Assembly (NCBI RefSeq): GCF_009914755.1
Contig: NC_060942.1
Source: the human T2T-CHM13v2.0 reference genome, Homo sapiens
Strand: one strand, 5' to 3'
Length of the DNA: 64,000 nt
Positions 48,519 to 61,032 of the stretch are shown here, one piece after another. Within the stretch, counting starts at the first letter, position 1. Every line of letters begins with the position of its first letter. The notes under the pieces are model-generated. The model made no database searches. It saw nothing but the letters and a program-made list of their open reading frames with translations, and had not been told where the DNA came from. Both the position numbers and the translations under genes were made by a program.

Positions 48519-51500
48519 CGTAATGCACAAATGAGCACTTAGCTGAGGGCGACAAAGAATATAGAATATTGACGGGACACATCTCTCATCAAGGTCATAA
48601 TTTCCAAAATGCTGGGGATTCATGTTGTGACTTCACAGTAAAGAGCTTTAAGCTTAGTTGGAGTTTGCAAATCATGGGCGCATGACCCAAAGGTAATTAG
48701 CTATGAGACTGTGCATTGATGTAGATTGGCAGGTGGTGTAAAAAGGCGTCAGCCAGAGATACTTTCCTAGGTTATGATGCCGATGGCGATGAGCTTCCCC
48801 AGGAAGGACTGAAGCGCCACGTGGCTTTCTCTGTGGCTCTAGGGTGGACAGTCTGCAGCATACACCACTCAGCCATGCTTGCTGTTCCCTTTCGGCATCT
48901 GGCACTCAATAAATAATCGCTGGATAGTAAATAAGTGAATATATGCCAAAATATCCACATTAATGTATTGGCTACTTTCTTTGCAAAAGCATTTTTGATT
49001 CATCAAATAACGGCCGAGAGTGCCCGGATGACACCTGTGTCAGACGACACCTCACGGAAATGCTGGAGCTGATGTTAGCTCCGTACCCACAGCAAAACAC
49101 ACCTAAAATCTGTTAAATCTGCTGATTTCCAAAATTCATATATATACACAAAGTGTTAAATCAAGGGAAACAAATCTATCTGTGAAGATACCTTCAAATT
49201 TTAAGTGTTTCTTAATGGTTATTGATCCACCACCTTTTAAATTACCTCAGAAGTGTGTATCCTGATATTTTAAAAAAATACATTGGTCTAGTCTATTTTA
49301 AGAAGTCTATTTGTCCAAATGAAACATTTAAAAATGGGAATTTTAGGGAACTTTTTGAATTCTAAGTAATGACTTTTATTGTGGGCTAGCCTCACCTTTC
49401 TATTACATTTAGTCATTTGCTAGTACTTCATCCACTTAATCATGTCTTTTAACATTTGCTTATACGGCAAAATAAAATAGTCATAAAAACAAGGTAGCCC
49501 TCACTTTTCGTCACTTCTGTATTCATTACTACAATGAAATTATGTGGTCACGTAATTATGTCATTTATTATGCTGTATTATTTCAATGCACCTAAAAGAT
49601 GGGAGGGAATATCTTATTCTGGGAAAGAGAACAGGAAATAAGACATAAAATAAACGATGTGTATGGCTAGGAGTGAAAACGGAATTACTGCAGGGAGAAG
49701 AATGATCTCTGGCTCATTCTCTTGGAGCAGGAAATGGCACCAACTAGCTATGGCATAAAACACTCTGGCTCTTCAACAATGAATTTTCCTGGTTTTCAGG
49801 AAGCATAATTTTGGTATCTAAAGCAAATCATGTTCGTCATTTCCACAGAAGTTACTCAGTGTCCAGAAAAATCTTCCCTTTAGCCCAGCGTGGATAAACC
49901 ATGATCTCAGACGGGTCTCTGGAGAGGGGCCGTGGACCCAGCTCTCCTGAGCGCCTGCAGCAGGGAGCACTGAACCGTCTCCCCCACGCCCGGCTCAAAC
50001 CAGGCCACTCACCGCGACCTGTGCCCCACCCAGAAAGTGAGAAATTAGAACTTTATTCTCCCTGGGCCGACACTCCGCCTCCCTCCCCTTACAACAGAGG
50101 GGACGAGAGGCAGCGCCAAGCCCGGCTTTCTGGCTTTCTCCTCCGGCAGGCCTGAGTCTCAGTGGTGCTGGCCTGAGGTCAGGAGCACCTGCGGTCCCAG
50201 CCTCAGCCTCCCAGCAGCTGGGATGCTGGCCTGGAGGGGAGAGAGGGAGAGGACACCAGCACTTTAACCCCCGGACCAGGCCTCCAAGCAGACTCTATCA
50301 GCTTGAGCTCGCCCTTGAGAAGCTGATGTTAGGGTTAGGACGAGACATGAGCAGAGCTATTTGCTGCGGAAACATCAACTAAATATTTACCCCATGAATC
50401 CCTCCTTCTCTGGGGTGATCACCCCGGGACCAGATCCCCACCAAGGGGCAGGGCACTGACCCCACACAGATGTCCCCTGGTGACCCCTGGGCTCCACCTT
50501 CTGCTCAGCCACCTGGCTGCACTTTCCTGCTCCTCCCCGCCCAGGGCTGGGGCCGAAGGCACCTGGTCCCACATCTCTAGCTCCAGTTTCTGCCATGTCG
50601 TGACCCTGCCTTTACTCCTCCAAACTCTGTCTGCACTGCCTTGTACATCGGAGGCATCTCTCCCAGGTGCCTGCACCTCTCCGTGGGGCACCCGCTCTCT
50701 GGAGTCCTCACCTTTTCCTGCCTCCTGCTCTCTGCCAGGACAGCCTGGGGGTCGCAGGGAGGGGGTTTGCCCTGCAGCACGGAAAGGGTGGGCCAGGGGC
50801 TGCGAGCCGCAGGGCCTCCAGGAAGGGCAGGTGCGGGACTGGGATGCAGAGGGTAGTGGCCTGGACTCTACACGAAATGGAGTGTGGGCTCCCAGCAGGC
50901 CACCGCCCTGGCGTCATCCTCAAAGAGCCACGTGGCAAAGGCAGTGAGAGGCACACAGTTCCCATTGTGCCCAGAGATGTCCCAAAGCACAGTGATGACA
51001 GGGATTCCCAGAGAAGGCAGTGGGATTTGCTGAGCATGGAGAGTGGTGAGGCCTGGGGCTTTGTGTTGGAGAAACATCGCCTTCACATATGAGGACCAGA
51101 CCCGTGTCCCGGCCCAGCTTTCCCGACCTGACCCCAGCAGGAGCAGATGGCATTTTCTGTGGGTCCAGGAGGTGAGAAAGGCGGCAGGGGATAAACAGGA
51201 ACGCATGCCACCTGCTGCGAGGAAAACAGTGCCGAGCAGGACGCGCAGAAGCCAGAATGTGTGGGCCGGTATTGTGGCCCCAGGCCGAGTGGCCTCTCCA
51301 TGACACAGATGTCAGGGTTTAACTCAGACCTGCCAAGTGGAGCCTCCGCAGCAGGCCCAGGAAACCCAGAGACCGGCCCTGTTCCCCGTGAGGATTCAGG
51401 CACCACGGGCTGGAAAGCACACTCCCTCGGAACGTCTCAGGGACAGTCATCAGGACCAGATTCTGGAAGGACGCAGGGTGGTCTCTCCCATCTTTGTTTC

Positions 51501-52265
51501 GACTCCTCTCTCCTCTCTGATCGACACCCCTGAGGCAGCGCTGCGGTGAGTCAGTTCCGCAGGGAGCCTGTCTTCACCCCGGACCCCCAGGTCTCTGGCT
51601 AAGAGCACGTGATTTATAGACACAGTTCCCCACCCCCACAGGTGTGGGGAGGCTCCCTGCAAGCTCCCCCTCACTGGAGGGTAAACGAGCTTGGGAGCAG
51701 CCCTGAGGAGGTGTGGCAGGGTCCTGGTTTAGCCCTCCAGCTGCCTTGGCACTTGTGTTTCTGCGAGGACTTGATCCTCTTTGTTAAGTCAGCCTCAGCA
51801 GGACCAAGGTGAAGGCCGGCTCTTCCAGCAGGAGGGCGGCCAGCCCAGCCCAAACCCTGCCTCCCCACCCTGAATTCTGGTCATGTCCACTCACTTACTG
51901 TTCGTTAGATTGATTTAAAAAGTAAAACCACACTTGCGATTTTTCTTCTTTTATAGAGTGAAGGAAAAACCTCTGTCAGAAACTAACTTAGGGGAACCAA
52001 GGTTCACTATCATGAGGGTCTCTGAATGTTTGTGAAGAAAACACTGCTGTTATCAAAGAGATAAGCATTGCCTAGGAATAATTACACTTTAAAAACTCTC
52101 AAATTGGCAGCATTCATAAAAAGGCCCCCAGAGAATGTTTTCCAGATGTAGAAAGTGGAGACCTAAACACACAATTCCTCAAGTGTTTTCATGGATAAAG
52201 AAATGCACAAGTAATGGGAAATAACACCAGCCATCAGCTGTGGGAGTGTGGGGGGAGTAGAGGTT

Positions 52266-53196
52266 TGTGCATGCAGTCATGTGCCTGTGTGTGTGTCAGT
52301 ACATGTGTGTGCATGTTCCTGGGAATGTGACTGTGAGCATATGTGCATGCATGGGCACGTGTGTGTGTCTCTGTGTAAGTGCACATGTGTGTGCAAAAGT
52401 GTGCATGTACCTTTGAATGTGAAAGTGTGTGTGCACGTGTGTGCCTGTGTGTTACTGCACGTGTGTGCATGTACCTGAGAATGTGAAAGTGAGTGTGTGT
52501 GCATGTGTGTGCATGTGAGTGTGTGTGCCTGTGTGAGTGTACGCATGTGTGGCCGTGTGTTTGCACACGCACATGTGTGTGCCTGTGTGTTTGCACATAT
52601 GCATGCGTGTGCCTATGCCTGTGTGTTTGTGCATGTGCATATGTGTGCGTGTGTGTTTGCACATGTGCATGTGTGCCTGTGTGCGTGTGTGCATATGTAT
52701 GTGTGCCTGTGTCTATGTGTGCCTGAGTGTGTTCGTACAGCTGTATGTGTGTGCCTGTGAGTGTGTGCCTGTATCTGAGTGTGTTTGTACGCGTGTGCAT
52801 TTGTGTGTGTCCCTGAGTGTTTGCACATATGCATGTGTGTGCCTGTGCCTGTGTTTTTGTGTGTGCATGCATGTTCGTGTGCCTATGAGTGTGTGTTTGC
52901 ACATGTGAGTGCGTGTGCATGTGCCTGTGTGTGAGAATGTGTATGTATGTGCCTGTGCCTGTATGTGTTTGTGCGTGTGCATGCATGTTCATGTACCTGT
53001 GTGTGTTTGCACGTGGGTGTGCATGTGCCTGCGAGTGTGTGTGAGCATGTGTTTGTGTGTGTATGTGCCTGTGTGTGTTTGCACGTGTGTGCAAATGTGT
53101 CCATGTGTCTGTGAGTGTGTTTGCGCACGTGCGTGTGTGTCTGAGTGTGCGTGTGTGTGCGTGTGCACACAGACACATGGCATGTTCACGCACACA
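52266..53196. repeat. ~930-bp degenerate (TG)n-rich tract
   Basis: Continuous TGTGTG/TGCATG/TTTGCACA/GTGCCT units. Confidence 0.95.
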
Positions 53197-55590
53197 ATTC
53201 ACCTGCTGCTTAGACTTTGTGCCTGCGAGTGTGTCCATGTCTCTCTTTTGCTTTCTTTGGCTGTTCTACCGCAAAAGACCCAAACACCCTGACTGGCCAA
53301 ACGCACCAGCTATGGAGGGGATGCAGACACGTGTGTACGGCCTAGCTCCTCCCGCAGCCTCCGACAGCTTGCGGGGTGAGCACGGTTAACAAACCCTACA
53401 GCTGGCGGATCTGTGCAGACATAATTGCACACGAATGGCGGGGGAGCCGGGAAACCAGGAAGAAATAAAACAGATAACAAGCGAAGGGAAAAGTGGCACC
53501 GTAAACAAGCCGCGTCTTTTCCCTCCGCAGAGCGAGCCGTGTGTCTGGAGGCGGTGTCTGTGTGCAGCTTGACTCCTAATCCATATCGCAAACAGCTTCC
53601 AGATGCTTCCAGCCCCAACCTACTCGGGGATTCCTGCCCTTCACAGATGCCTCTCCAGGAGGGGGGTCTGTCTATAAGTAAAATGGGGTGGATTTTACTA
53701 ATCATTCATTTCCAATCTTCCTGACGGAGACTTTTATTAATAAACTCGTTTCATCTGTCTCTTTGATGAGGAAGAATTTACCCGCTTAGCCATGGGAAAG
53801 GAGCAGGAGGGCTGGGTGGCTGTCGTTGTGAGTGTGGGCTTGTGTTTGTGCACACACACTCTGTGGACATGCCGAAGAGGAAGGACGTGCACGAAAACGC
53901 AGACCACCAGCCCTCAGAGGCTCCAGTGGGGCTTGGGCAGCGGCGAGGGGTGGAAGGGAACCGGCCGCTCCCTGGCACGAAGGCCGGACGGATGCCCGGT
54001 CCCCTTCCTGGCTGCAGCCACCCTGTGCGGCCCCAGTGCTCTGGAACTGGCGGAGGTGGGGGGCACTGGCTGGTGGGATTGAGGCCACACTGGGAGACTC
54101 GCCGTCCCCAGCCGTGCTCTCACAACCTTGCCTGTCATTGAGGCTGTCTGCTTAATCGAGAGACACAAAGAAAACCCTTCTTGCGTCCTAGGGTTGGCTT
54201 GGAATAAGGGAAGAGGTGGCTTCCTTTCTCTTTCTTCCTGCTCCTGCTTCCGCCCCTGCTTATTTCCGCATGCTGTTCTAATCCGCGCCTTTGAAATGAC
54301 AGCTTTCAGAACTGGGAGAGAAAATAACGGTGCTGATTAATTAATTCCCTGACAAATTTACAAGCTTTCAAATGAGTTTCATCCTAACCAGGTAAATCCT
54401 TTCACTTTTCTCTGTGGAGATGCTTTTCCTTCCCTCCTGCTCCCTTAATCCCAGTGCCACCCTCTGGATTTCAGCAATTGACTGAGCTTCCCAATTCCAA
54501 GGAAAACGGAGGTGATTAGAATCAAATTTCCCCAAATTCTCCCCTTGCACCTGGTCCATCATGGCTCCTCCATGTGAACCTTCCTCTTGCCTCAGAGCAG
54601 AGGCGTCGCCAGACTCCCCAAGCTCCTCGATCCCGGTGGCTCTAGGGCTGAGGTGCAGGCTCCTGCCTCCCTGGCCCTCTGCTCCTCAGCCTCTGCTTCC
54701 CATGCCCTCTGATCGCTCCTCCCATCCACCTGGGGCGAGGACTTACTGTATCCTCTCACCGCCCAGCTCTCATTCTCTCAGCAGCGTGACCAGAAGCACC
54801 TGAGTTTGGTTCCTAAGTCAAATCCCTCTTTATTCCAAATGGCTTTCACAGCATCGTCTACATGATTATAAAACACAGACCTCATGCCTCTGCTCCCAGT
54901 GGCCACCCTTATGCCCAGAACAGGTGCCAGGCGACTCCACCTGCCTGCCAGTCACCATTCTGTCCACACATCCAAGGGCCGCACGACCAGCTCTTCCCAA
55001 ATACACCTCAGCCTTGGGCTGCTCACTCCACGATGGGTACCCATACCTCCCTACCCGGCCAGGCAAACCCTACTCTTTCAGAAGCTTCCATGCATGGGTC
55101 AGCCCCCTTGGTTGTTCCACTGACCATTACCCAGCCCTCAGCAGGCACAGGAATGATTGCTGTCCATTTACTCATTTTCTTTTCTTTCCTGCCTTTCACA
55201 TATTCTCTTGTCACATTGAATTACTCGACTCTCATAGATGATGTGTTTCTTAAGGGCAGAGCCCGTGCCCAGATCACGGTACCTTTGAAACAGGTATTTG
55301 CTGGATAATTTTACTTGACAACACTGGGTCTCTGAAAGGTTAATTGGCCTGCCTCAGACAGCAGAGCAAGGAAGGGGGGTGAGAGCGGAAGAAGCCTGGG
55401 TGTCCCCTCTCAGTACCTGGATTGGGGTCCCCACTCTATCCTGTCCCCTGCTTCCAGACTCCAAGCCCAGATCTTGTTGTCTTTGCTGCTTTGTTAAAGA
55501 TTAGAGATGTGATTAATAGTAGAAAACAAGACCATCTTTTAAAATATCTTACTACTGCAGGGCATCTTTAAGTTATTTCTGTTGTTCAAT

Positions 55591-56024
55591 TGTGCTGTCT
55601 AACAGTGACCCCCAAAATTCATGCCCACCCAGAACCTCACAATGTGACTGTATTTGCAAATAGGGTCTTTGCAAATGTAATCAGGTTAATATGAGGTCAC
55701 ATGGAATTTGGCTGGGCCCTAATCCAGTGACTGCTGTCCTTTTAAAAAGAGGGAAATTTGGACACAGATACAGAAAAGAAATGGCCCTGCAGAAACGTGG
55801 AGTCCCACACAGGAAGGAGCCTTGTGAAGAGGGGGTAGGATCACATGTTTGTGTCCACAAGCTGAGGACTGCTGGAGCCCCAGAAGCTGGAGGGGTGGGG
55901 GAGGACCTTCCCCTAGGACCTTCAGAGGGAGCCCCAGAAGGTGGAGGTGTCGGGGAGGACCTTCCCCTAGGACCTTCAGAGAGAGCGGAGCCCTGCCGAC
56001 ACCTTGATCTCCAGCTTCTAGCCT
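55591..56024 (+). mobile_element. MLT1B/MLT1C LTR, 5' part, with a 54-bp tandem duplication (55874-55981)
   Basis: CCCCCAAAATTCATG...AATAGGGTCTTTGCAAATGTAATCAGGTTAA...CCCTGCCGACACCTTGAT. Confidence 0.88.
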
Positions 56025-56443
56025 TGGTCTGTTCTTGCACTGCTGTCAAGAAATACCAGAGACTGGGTAATTTATGAAGAAAGGAGGTTCAATTGACCAT
56101 GGTCCTGCAGGCCACACAGGATGCTCGGTGCTGGCATCCGCTTGGCTTCTGGGGAGGCCTCAGGAAGCTACAATCACTGTGGAAGTCAAAGGGGAGCAGA
56201 TGTCACATGGCCGGAGCAGGAGCAAGAGTGTGGAGGGGCCACACGCTTTTAAACAACCGGATCTCCTGGGAATTCATTCACGATCGTGAGGACAGCACCG
56301 GGGGTTGGGGGGGGGGTGGCACAAAAGCATTCATGAGAAATCCACCCCTGTGGGCCAGTCACCTCCCACCAGACCCCACCTCTAATACTGAGAATCACAA
56401 TTCAACCTGAGATTGGGGTGGGACAGATATCTGAACCATATCA
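56025..56443 (-). mobile_element. MSTA/MSTB LTR nested in MLT1
   Basis: AAGAAATACCAGAGACTGGGTAATTTATGAAG...CTTCTGGGGAGGCCTCAGGAAGCT...AACCATATCA. Confidence 0.9.
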
Positions 56444-56525
56444 CACTATGAAAGAATAAATTCGTGTTCTTTTAAGCCACTCATTTTGTGGTAATTTGTT
56501 GTGGCAGGCGTGGGCATCTGATATA
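56444..56525 (+). mobile_element. MLT1B/MLT1C LTR, 3' part
   Basis: GAATAAATTCGTGTTCTTTTAAGCCACTCATTTTGTGGTAATTTGTT. Confidence 0.85.
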
Positions 56526-57400
56526 CCCATTAAATCATCACAGGTGCCAAAGCTCACACTCACGTACGAGGCAATTTTCAACTGTCAGGATCAACGTGGT
56601 TTCTTCCTTACATGGCAAACCTATCCCAAAGTTATGCTCTCAATTCAGACAGGAACTCAGGAAAGCCAAGGCTGCTTGGAGAGTGGGATAAAATATTTAT
56701 GTTTGGTCAGTGAGGTCAATGCAGACAGAAATAGAGTGGCTTCAGTGAACTTCGAGAATCCCGTCTCACCCCTCGGGACAGAACAGGGCAGGAGTATGTC
56801 CTGGCATTTCAAATAGAGCCAGTGACTGCCCCAAATTCCCATTGCTAATGTCAGCAGGCATAGGTTAGATGTGTGTACAATGGCATTGGCTGAACTGTGT
56901 GTACCACAGTCTATGGGTAGCATTAGACACGGGCTTTTCAGAACACACACAATCCCTTCCTCCTGATGATTGATTCTGGAAAACTTATGTTTAGATTTTT
57001 TGCCTTGGATCACAGGAAATTCTGAACTAAAGTTGACCCTTCAGAGTGATGATTAAATTGTCTTCCAGATAAGCTTTATTTTTTCCTTTTTGTGGTCTCG
57101 ACTATCCATGCATTTTTCTTATTGAACATGTGATAAGCTTTAGTAAGTCAGTGAAACCCTGTGGGGAGGAAGTGGGTTGCAGACGTAGATTCTGACAGTT
57201 ACATGAACATATGCATGAAAGCAGAGATTAAAAACTGGCACATGTGAGCTCCAAAAAGCTGTCAGACCCAAGGCTTGGTGTGGGAGCAGGTGTCCTGAGA
57301 GGTGCACGACACAGAGGAGGAGTGAGGTGGGAGGACAGATGAGCAGAGAGAGCTGGACACGGTCACGGCACAATCTCCCATGAGCAAAGACAGAGAAGGC

Positions 57401-57796
57401 TGAGTGCACATGCCCAGGTGGAGCCAGGAACGCACTGGCTCGGCTGCCACAGAGGGTTTGTGTGTGAGAGACAGAGAGTGTGAGTGTGCACACCCAGCTG
57501 GATTCGGGAATGCACTGGCTTGGCTGCCTCAGAAGGCTTGTGTATGAGAGGTGGAGAGTGTGAGTGTGCACACACAGGTGGATTTGGGAACACACTGGCC
57601 TGGCTGCCTCAGAGGGCTTGTGTATGAGAAGCAGATAGTGTGGGTGTGCACACCCAGGTGGATTCAGGAATGCATTGGCTCAGCTGCCGCAGAGAGTTTG
57701 TGTATGAAAGACAGAGAGTGTGAGTGCTCATGCCCAGGTGGATTCGGGAACACGCTGGCCAGGCTGCTGCAGAGGGCTTGTGTATGAGAGGTGGAG
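57401..57796. repeat. 80-bp-unit minisatellite, 5 copies
   Basis: Unit starts TG(A/G)GTG at 57401, 57481, 57561, 57641 and 57721. Confidence 0.95.
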
Positions 57797-58916
57797 CGGG
57801 GCTTAACAGGTAAGCAGAGTTTGTGCTGGGCAGAACCTCCCATGTTGGAGTAAGCCCTTTGGACTCACCTCTGATGATAAGGGAAATATGGCTCCAAGGC
57901 AGGCATAAATGATGCCAGTATGCATTTGCTGTGAAATTTCCAGAATCCCTTCAGTGGGCAGCGTTTCCAGTGGGGCTACACGAGGGGCTGTGCAGGACCC
58001 GCTCTGGGTGAGCAAAGGACTGATGCTCTTCTGCCCTAACCATACAGAGGACGTGATGCTGAGCCTCCCTTGGATGCCGGAGGCCACCTTCTCATCTTCA
58101 CCTGTCACTTCTTCTTCCCTATGAAAAAGTTATAGGTACAAGAGAAACAAACAAACAAGGTAAAATAAACAAAAAAAAAATCACTCAATAAAAAGGCAAA
58201 GATAAAGCAGTAAAAGTAAGCAGCCACGGTGAGAACAAAAATGCCCAACTGGACAAAACCATCACAGAAGGCCAGGCAGGGTCTTTGGTCTAAATTAGAA
58301 ACAAATAAAGCAATAAAGCATGTCTCCAGAGCGGAGTCTGAGGTCCAGCAAGGGAGCCGGGTTTAAGGGAGGGTCAGGGGTGAAGGTCTCGCAAGGCGGG
58401 CGTCTCTTGAGGCTGGCCTTCCCTCCAGATAACCACGGGCAGAGAGTGCTTGTCCTGACCACGGCGTGATGACCAGAGGACATCGGCCCTGGCCTGTGGC
58501 AGGCACCGAGCTCTCTGGAGCTTTGAACCCTCAAGAAAGCAGAGGTGCATGCGAACACTTAGCTTTGCCTCCTTCACTTTCTCAGACCCCAGAACGTCTC
58601 CCGGTGGAGTCCAGAGGGCAGAGAGTTCCGGGCACACACAGTCGGGGCTCCCGCATCCAACTGATGGGGTGGAGCCCTTCCTCTTCCTCTTAATTGATGC
58701 TGAACTTGAGCTCAGGCGAGATCGCATTTTTGTTTTGTTTATGTAACAAAGTGGATTAATACTGTTGTCTTTACCTGAAGGTTTCGATGAAGGTAAAAGA
58801 AAGTTTATGACAAACACTTAGCCCAGTGTCAGACATCTAGAATATTCAGAGCAAATTACAGCTATCAGTATGCACGAAAACCTTCACACACACGACAAAA
58901 ATGTTGAAATTAACTA

Positions 58917-59110
58917 GGTGGTACATAGAACAGAAAGGAAGAGGCTTTTCAGATGAAAGGACCCCTTTGAATCTGAACCTCACCCCTCACTCGATGTTGA
59001 GCAAATTATTAAACCTCGTTGAGTCTGATTTTCCACATCAGTAAAAATACTTAAGAATGTATCTCACGTGTATGTAGAATCTTGTGTGCTCCAGAAATGC
59101 TACCTTCTTC
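58917..59110 (+). mobile_element. MIR remnant
   Basis: TTGAGCAAATTATTAAACCTCGTTGAGTCTGATTTTCCACATCAGTAAAA. Confidence 0.6.
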
Positions 59111-59356
59111 TTCTCAAGCAGTGTTCCAGAAAGTATTCTATAGGTTATATAAGGTACTTTTCCCCCCAGCAGAAATTGACATCTAAAACATTTTAATCAT
59201 TTGCCTTGTTTATTAAATATTCAGATTTAAGAAATGACTTCCTTCAAAGATTGACCTCTGCCTAGGCAAACTGTTGCATTCCTTTTGGATTTCATCTTAA
59301 ATACTCAAACTGATGTTTTAAGTGCCTGCAGAATTGGGTCTATTCTTATTAAGCTA

Positions 59357-59360
<4 letters not shown>

Positions 59361-59396
<36 letters not shown>
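59361..59396. repeat. (TG)18 microsatellite
   Basis: Perfect TG run. Confidence 0.97.
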
Positions 59397-59398
<2 letters not shown>

Positions 59399-59532
59399 CA
59401 ATATTAAAGTAAAAAGAAGCTAATTGACCTAAAATAATTTTCTTCTTGAGAGACTCTGGAGATATGATTTGAAAATGATTGGTTTCGAAAGAAGAGATTA
59501 TAAAAATTCTGATGAGTCTTTCTATTTTCTTT

Positions 59533-59677
59533 ACACATACACGCACAACACACAAGCAACACACATGTACACACTCATACATGTGCACACAGAGACACAC
59601 ACATACAACACATGTAACAGCTGTGCACTCACACACACGCATGCACACACACATACACACACGTGTGTGCACACACA
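59533..59677. repeat. Degenerate (CA)n tract
   Basis: ACACATACACGCACAACACAC...GTGCACACACA. Confidence 0.85.
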
Positions 59678-60579
59678 ATTTTCCAGCTTATGCTGTAGTG
59701 ATCTCATTAAGAAAGATTCTTTGAAAGTAAGAGTCAGTATTTGGGGTCCCTAAGCCAGCAATGACATGGCTTCTGATTGCCTTTTTAGGTGACTCTTTTG
59801 TTGCAGCTCAAGTGAGCTGGTCCCACATGAGGCTACCTGGTTGGCAACAGCAGAATTATGACACAAGTGATCTTGTTTTCTCCTTACCTTTGATTTTCTT
59901 TTTGGATTTTAATAAAATGAAATATGTAGCTTATCTATAAATTATCTGTCTAGGTTTACTTTTTATGTCCAGACCATTTTAGGATCTATCCTTAAAGAAG
60001 TGCCACAAAAGAAGTAAAATTACTATTAATACTTTAATAGTTAATACAAATAAAAGATTTTTATTGTATTTTTAATTTTAATGGAGGTTAATTTTGATGA
60101 TAAGAAAGGAAGAGATGATAAAGGAAGGAGAAAGAAAGGGAGGCAAAAGGAAAATCTGAACTTCTAGGTTAAGGTTTTTAGAAATATATACAATTTCATT
60201 TAATACATATTTAAGAAGTAATAGTAAATAATTGATCCTTTTTAGACATAAGTGGCCCATCCCAGAAGCCAAAGCCAAAACAAATGACAAGAATCACTCT
60301 GCCATCTTTGGCCTTAGTAGATGGCTTTTGCAGACCAAGTTTTGTGGTAGCGTGGGGAGGAATGCTAACATGAGTGGCTCTAGAGGAACCACATACTTGT
60401 GTGAGCTTTCCCTTTAGTTTGCTTTTGCAAGGTAGGGGTCACCATCCAGATCAAAACCAGACATAGTACCAGTTAACACACTCCTTGCAAAACCAGTGTC
60501 TACTTCTTGGTGCCTCAGTAGATTCCAAATCAAACCCACATTCTGCCTGGGCACCACATAGTGTTAAAAAGAGGCATTC

Positions 60580-60843
60580 CATGACAGAGTGTGACCATAT
60601 CTGACACGACAACACATGACAGCACATGGCAATGCATGACACGATAGCACATGACAGTACATAGCACAGGACATCAAGTGACGACACACAGCATGTGGCA
60701 TGACAGCCCCTGACAAAACATCACAATGCATGATGTGATAGTACATGAAAGTAGATAGCACATGGCATCGCATGACGATGCATAGCCTGTGGCGTGACAG
60801 CACATGACAGCATGACAGCACATGGCAACAACACACGACACAG
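60580..60843. repeat. Degenerate 5-bp-period repeat (CATGA/CAGCA/CATGG)
   Basis: Recurring CATGACAGCACATG motifs. Confidence 0.85.
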
Positions 60844-61032
60844 GGATCAGCATTCAAACAGTAAGTGCAAAGCAGCTAGTTTAGTCATTGCCAATTTAAC
60901 ATGAAAAGCAGCTCTACAAATTGGAACTTTAAAAGCAATTGAATTTGTGATTCAACTGTTATATTTGTCTTTTGTAAAATAAATATATGTTCAAGTCAAA
61001 TATTTATTGAGTGCTCAGCAGTGAACTAGACA

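Noticed and set aside
50387-51868. Many overlapping ORFs in a GC-rich block
   Set aside because: Pro/Gly/Arg/Ser-rich in all frames, a GC artefact; no family similarity seen
52234-53292. 334-aa His/Thr-rich ORF and overlapping Cys/Val-rich ORFs
   Set aside because: Translation of the TG/CA tract, which rarely produces stop codons; no domain content
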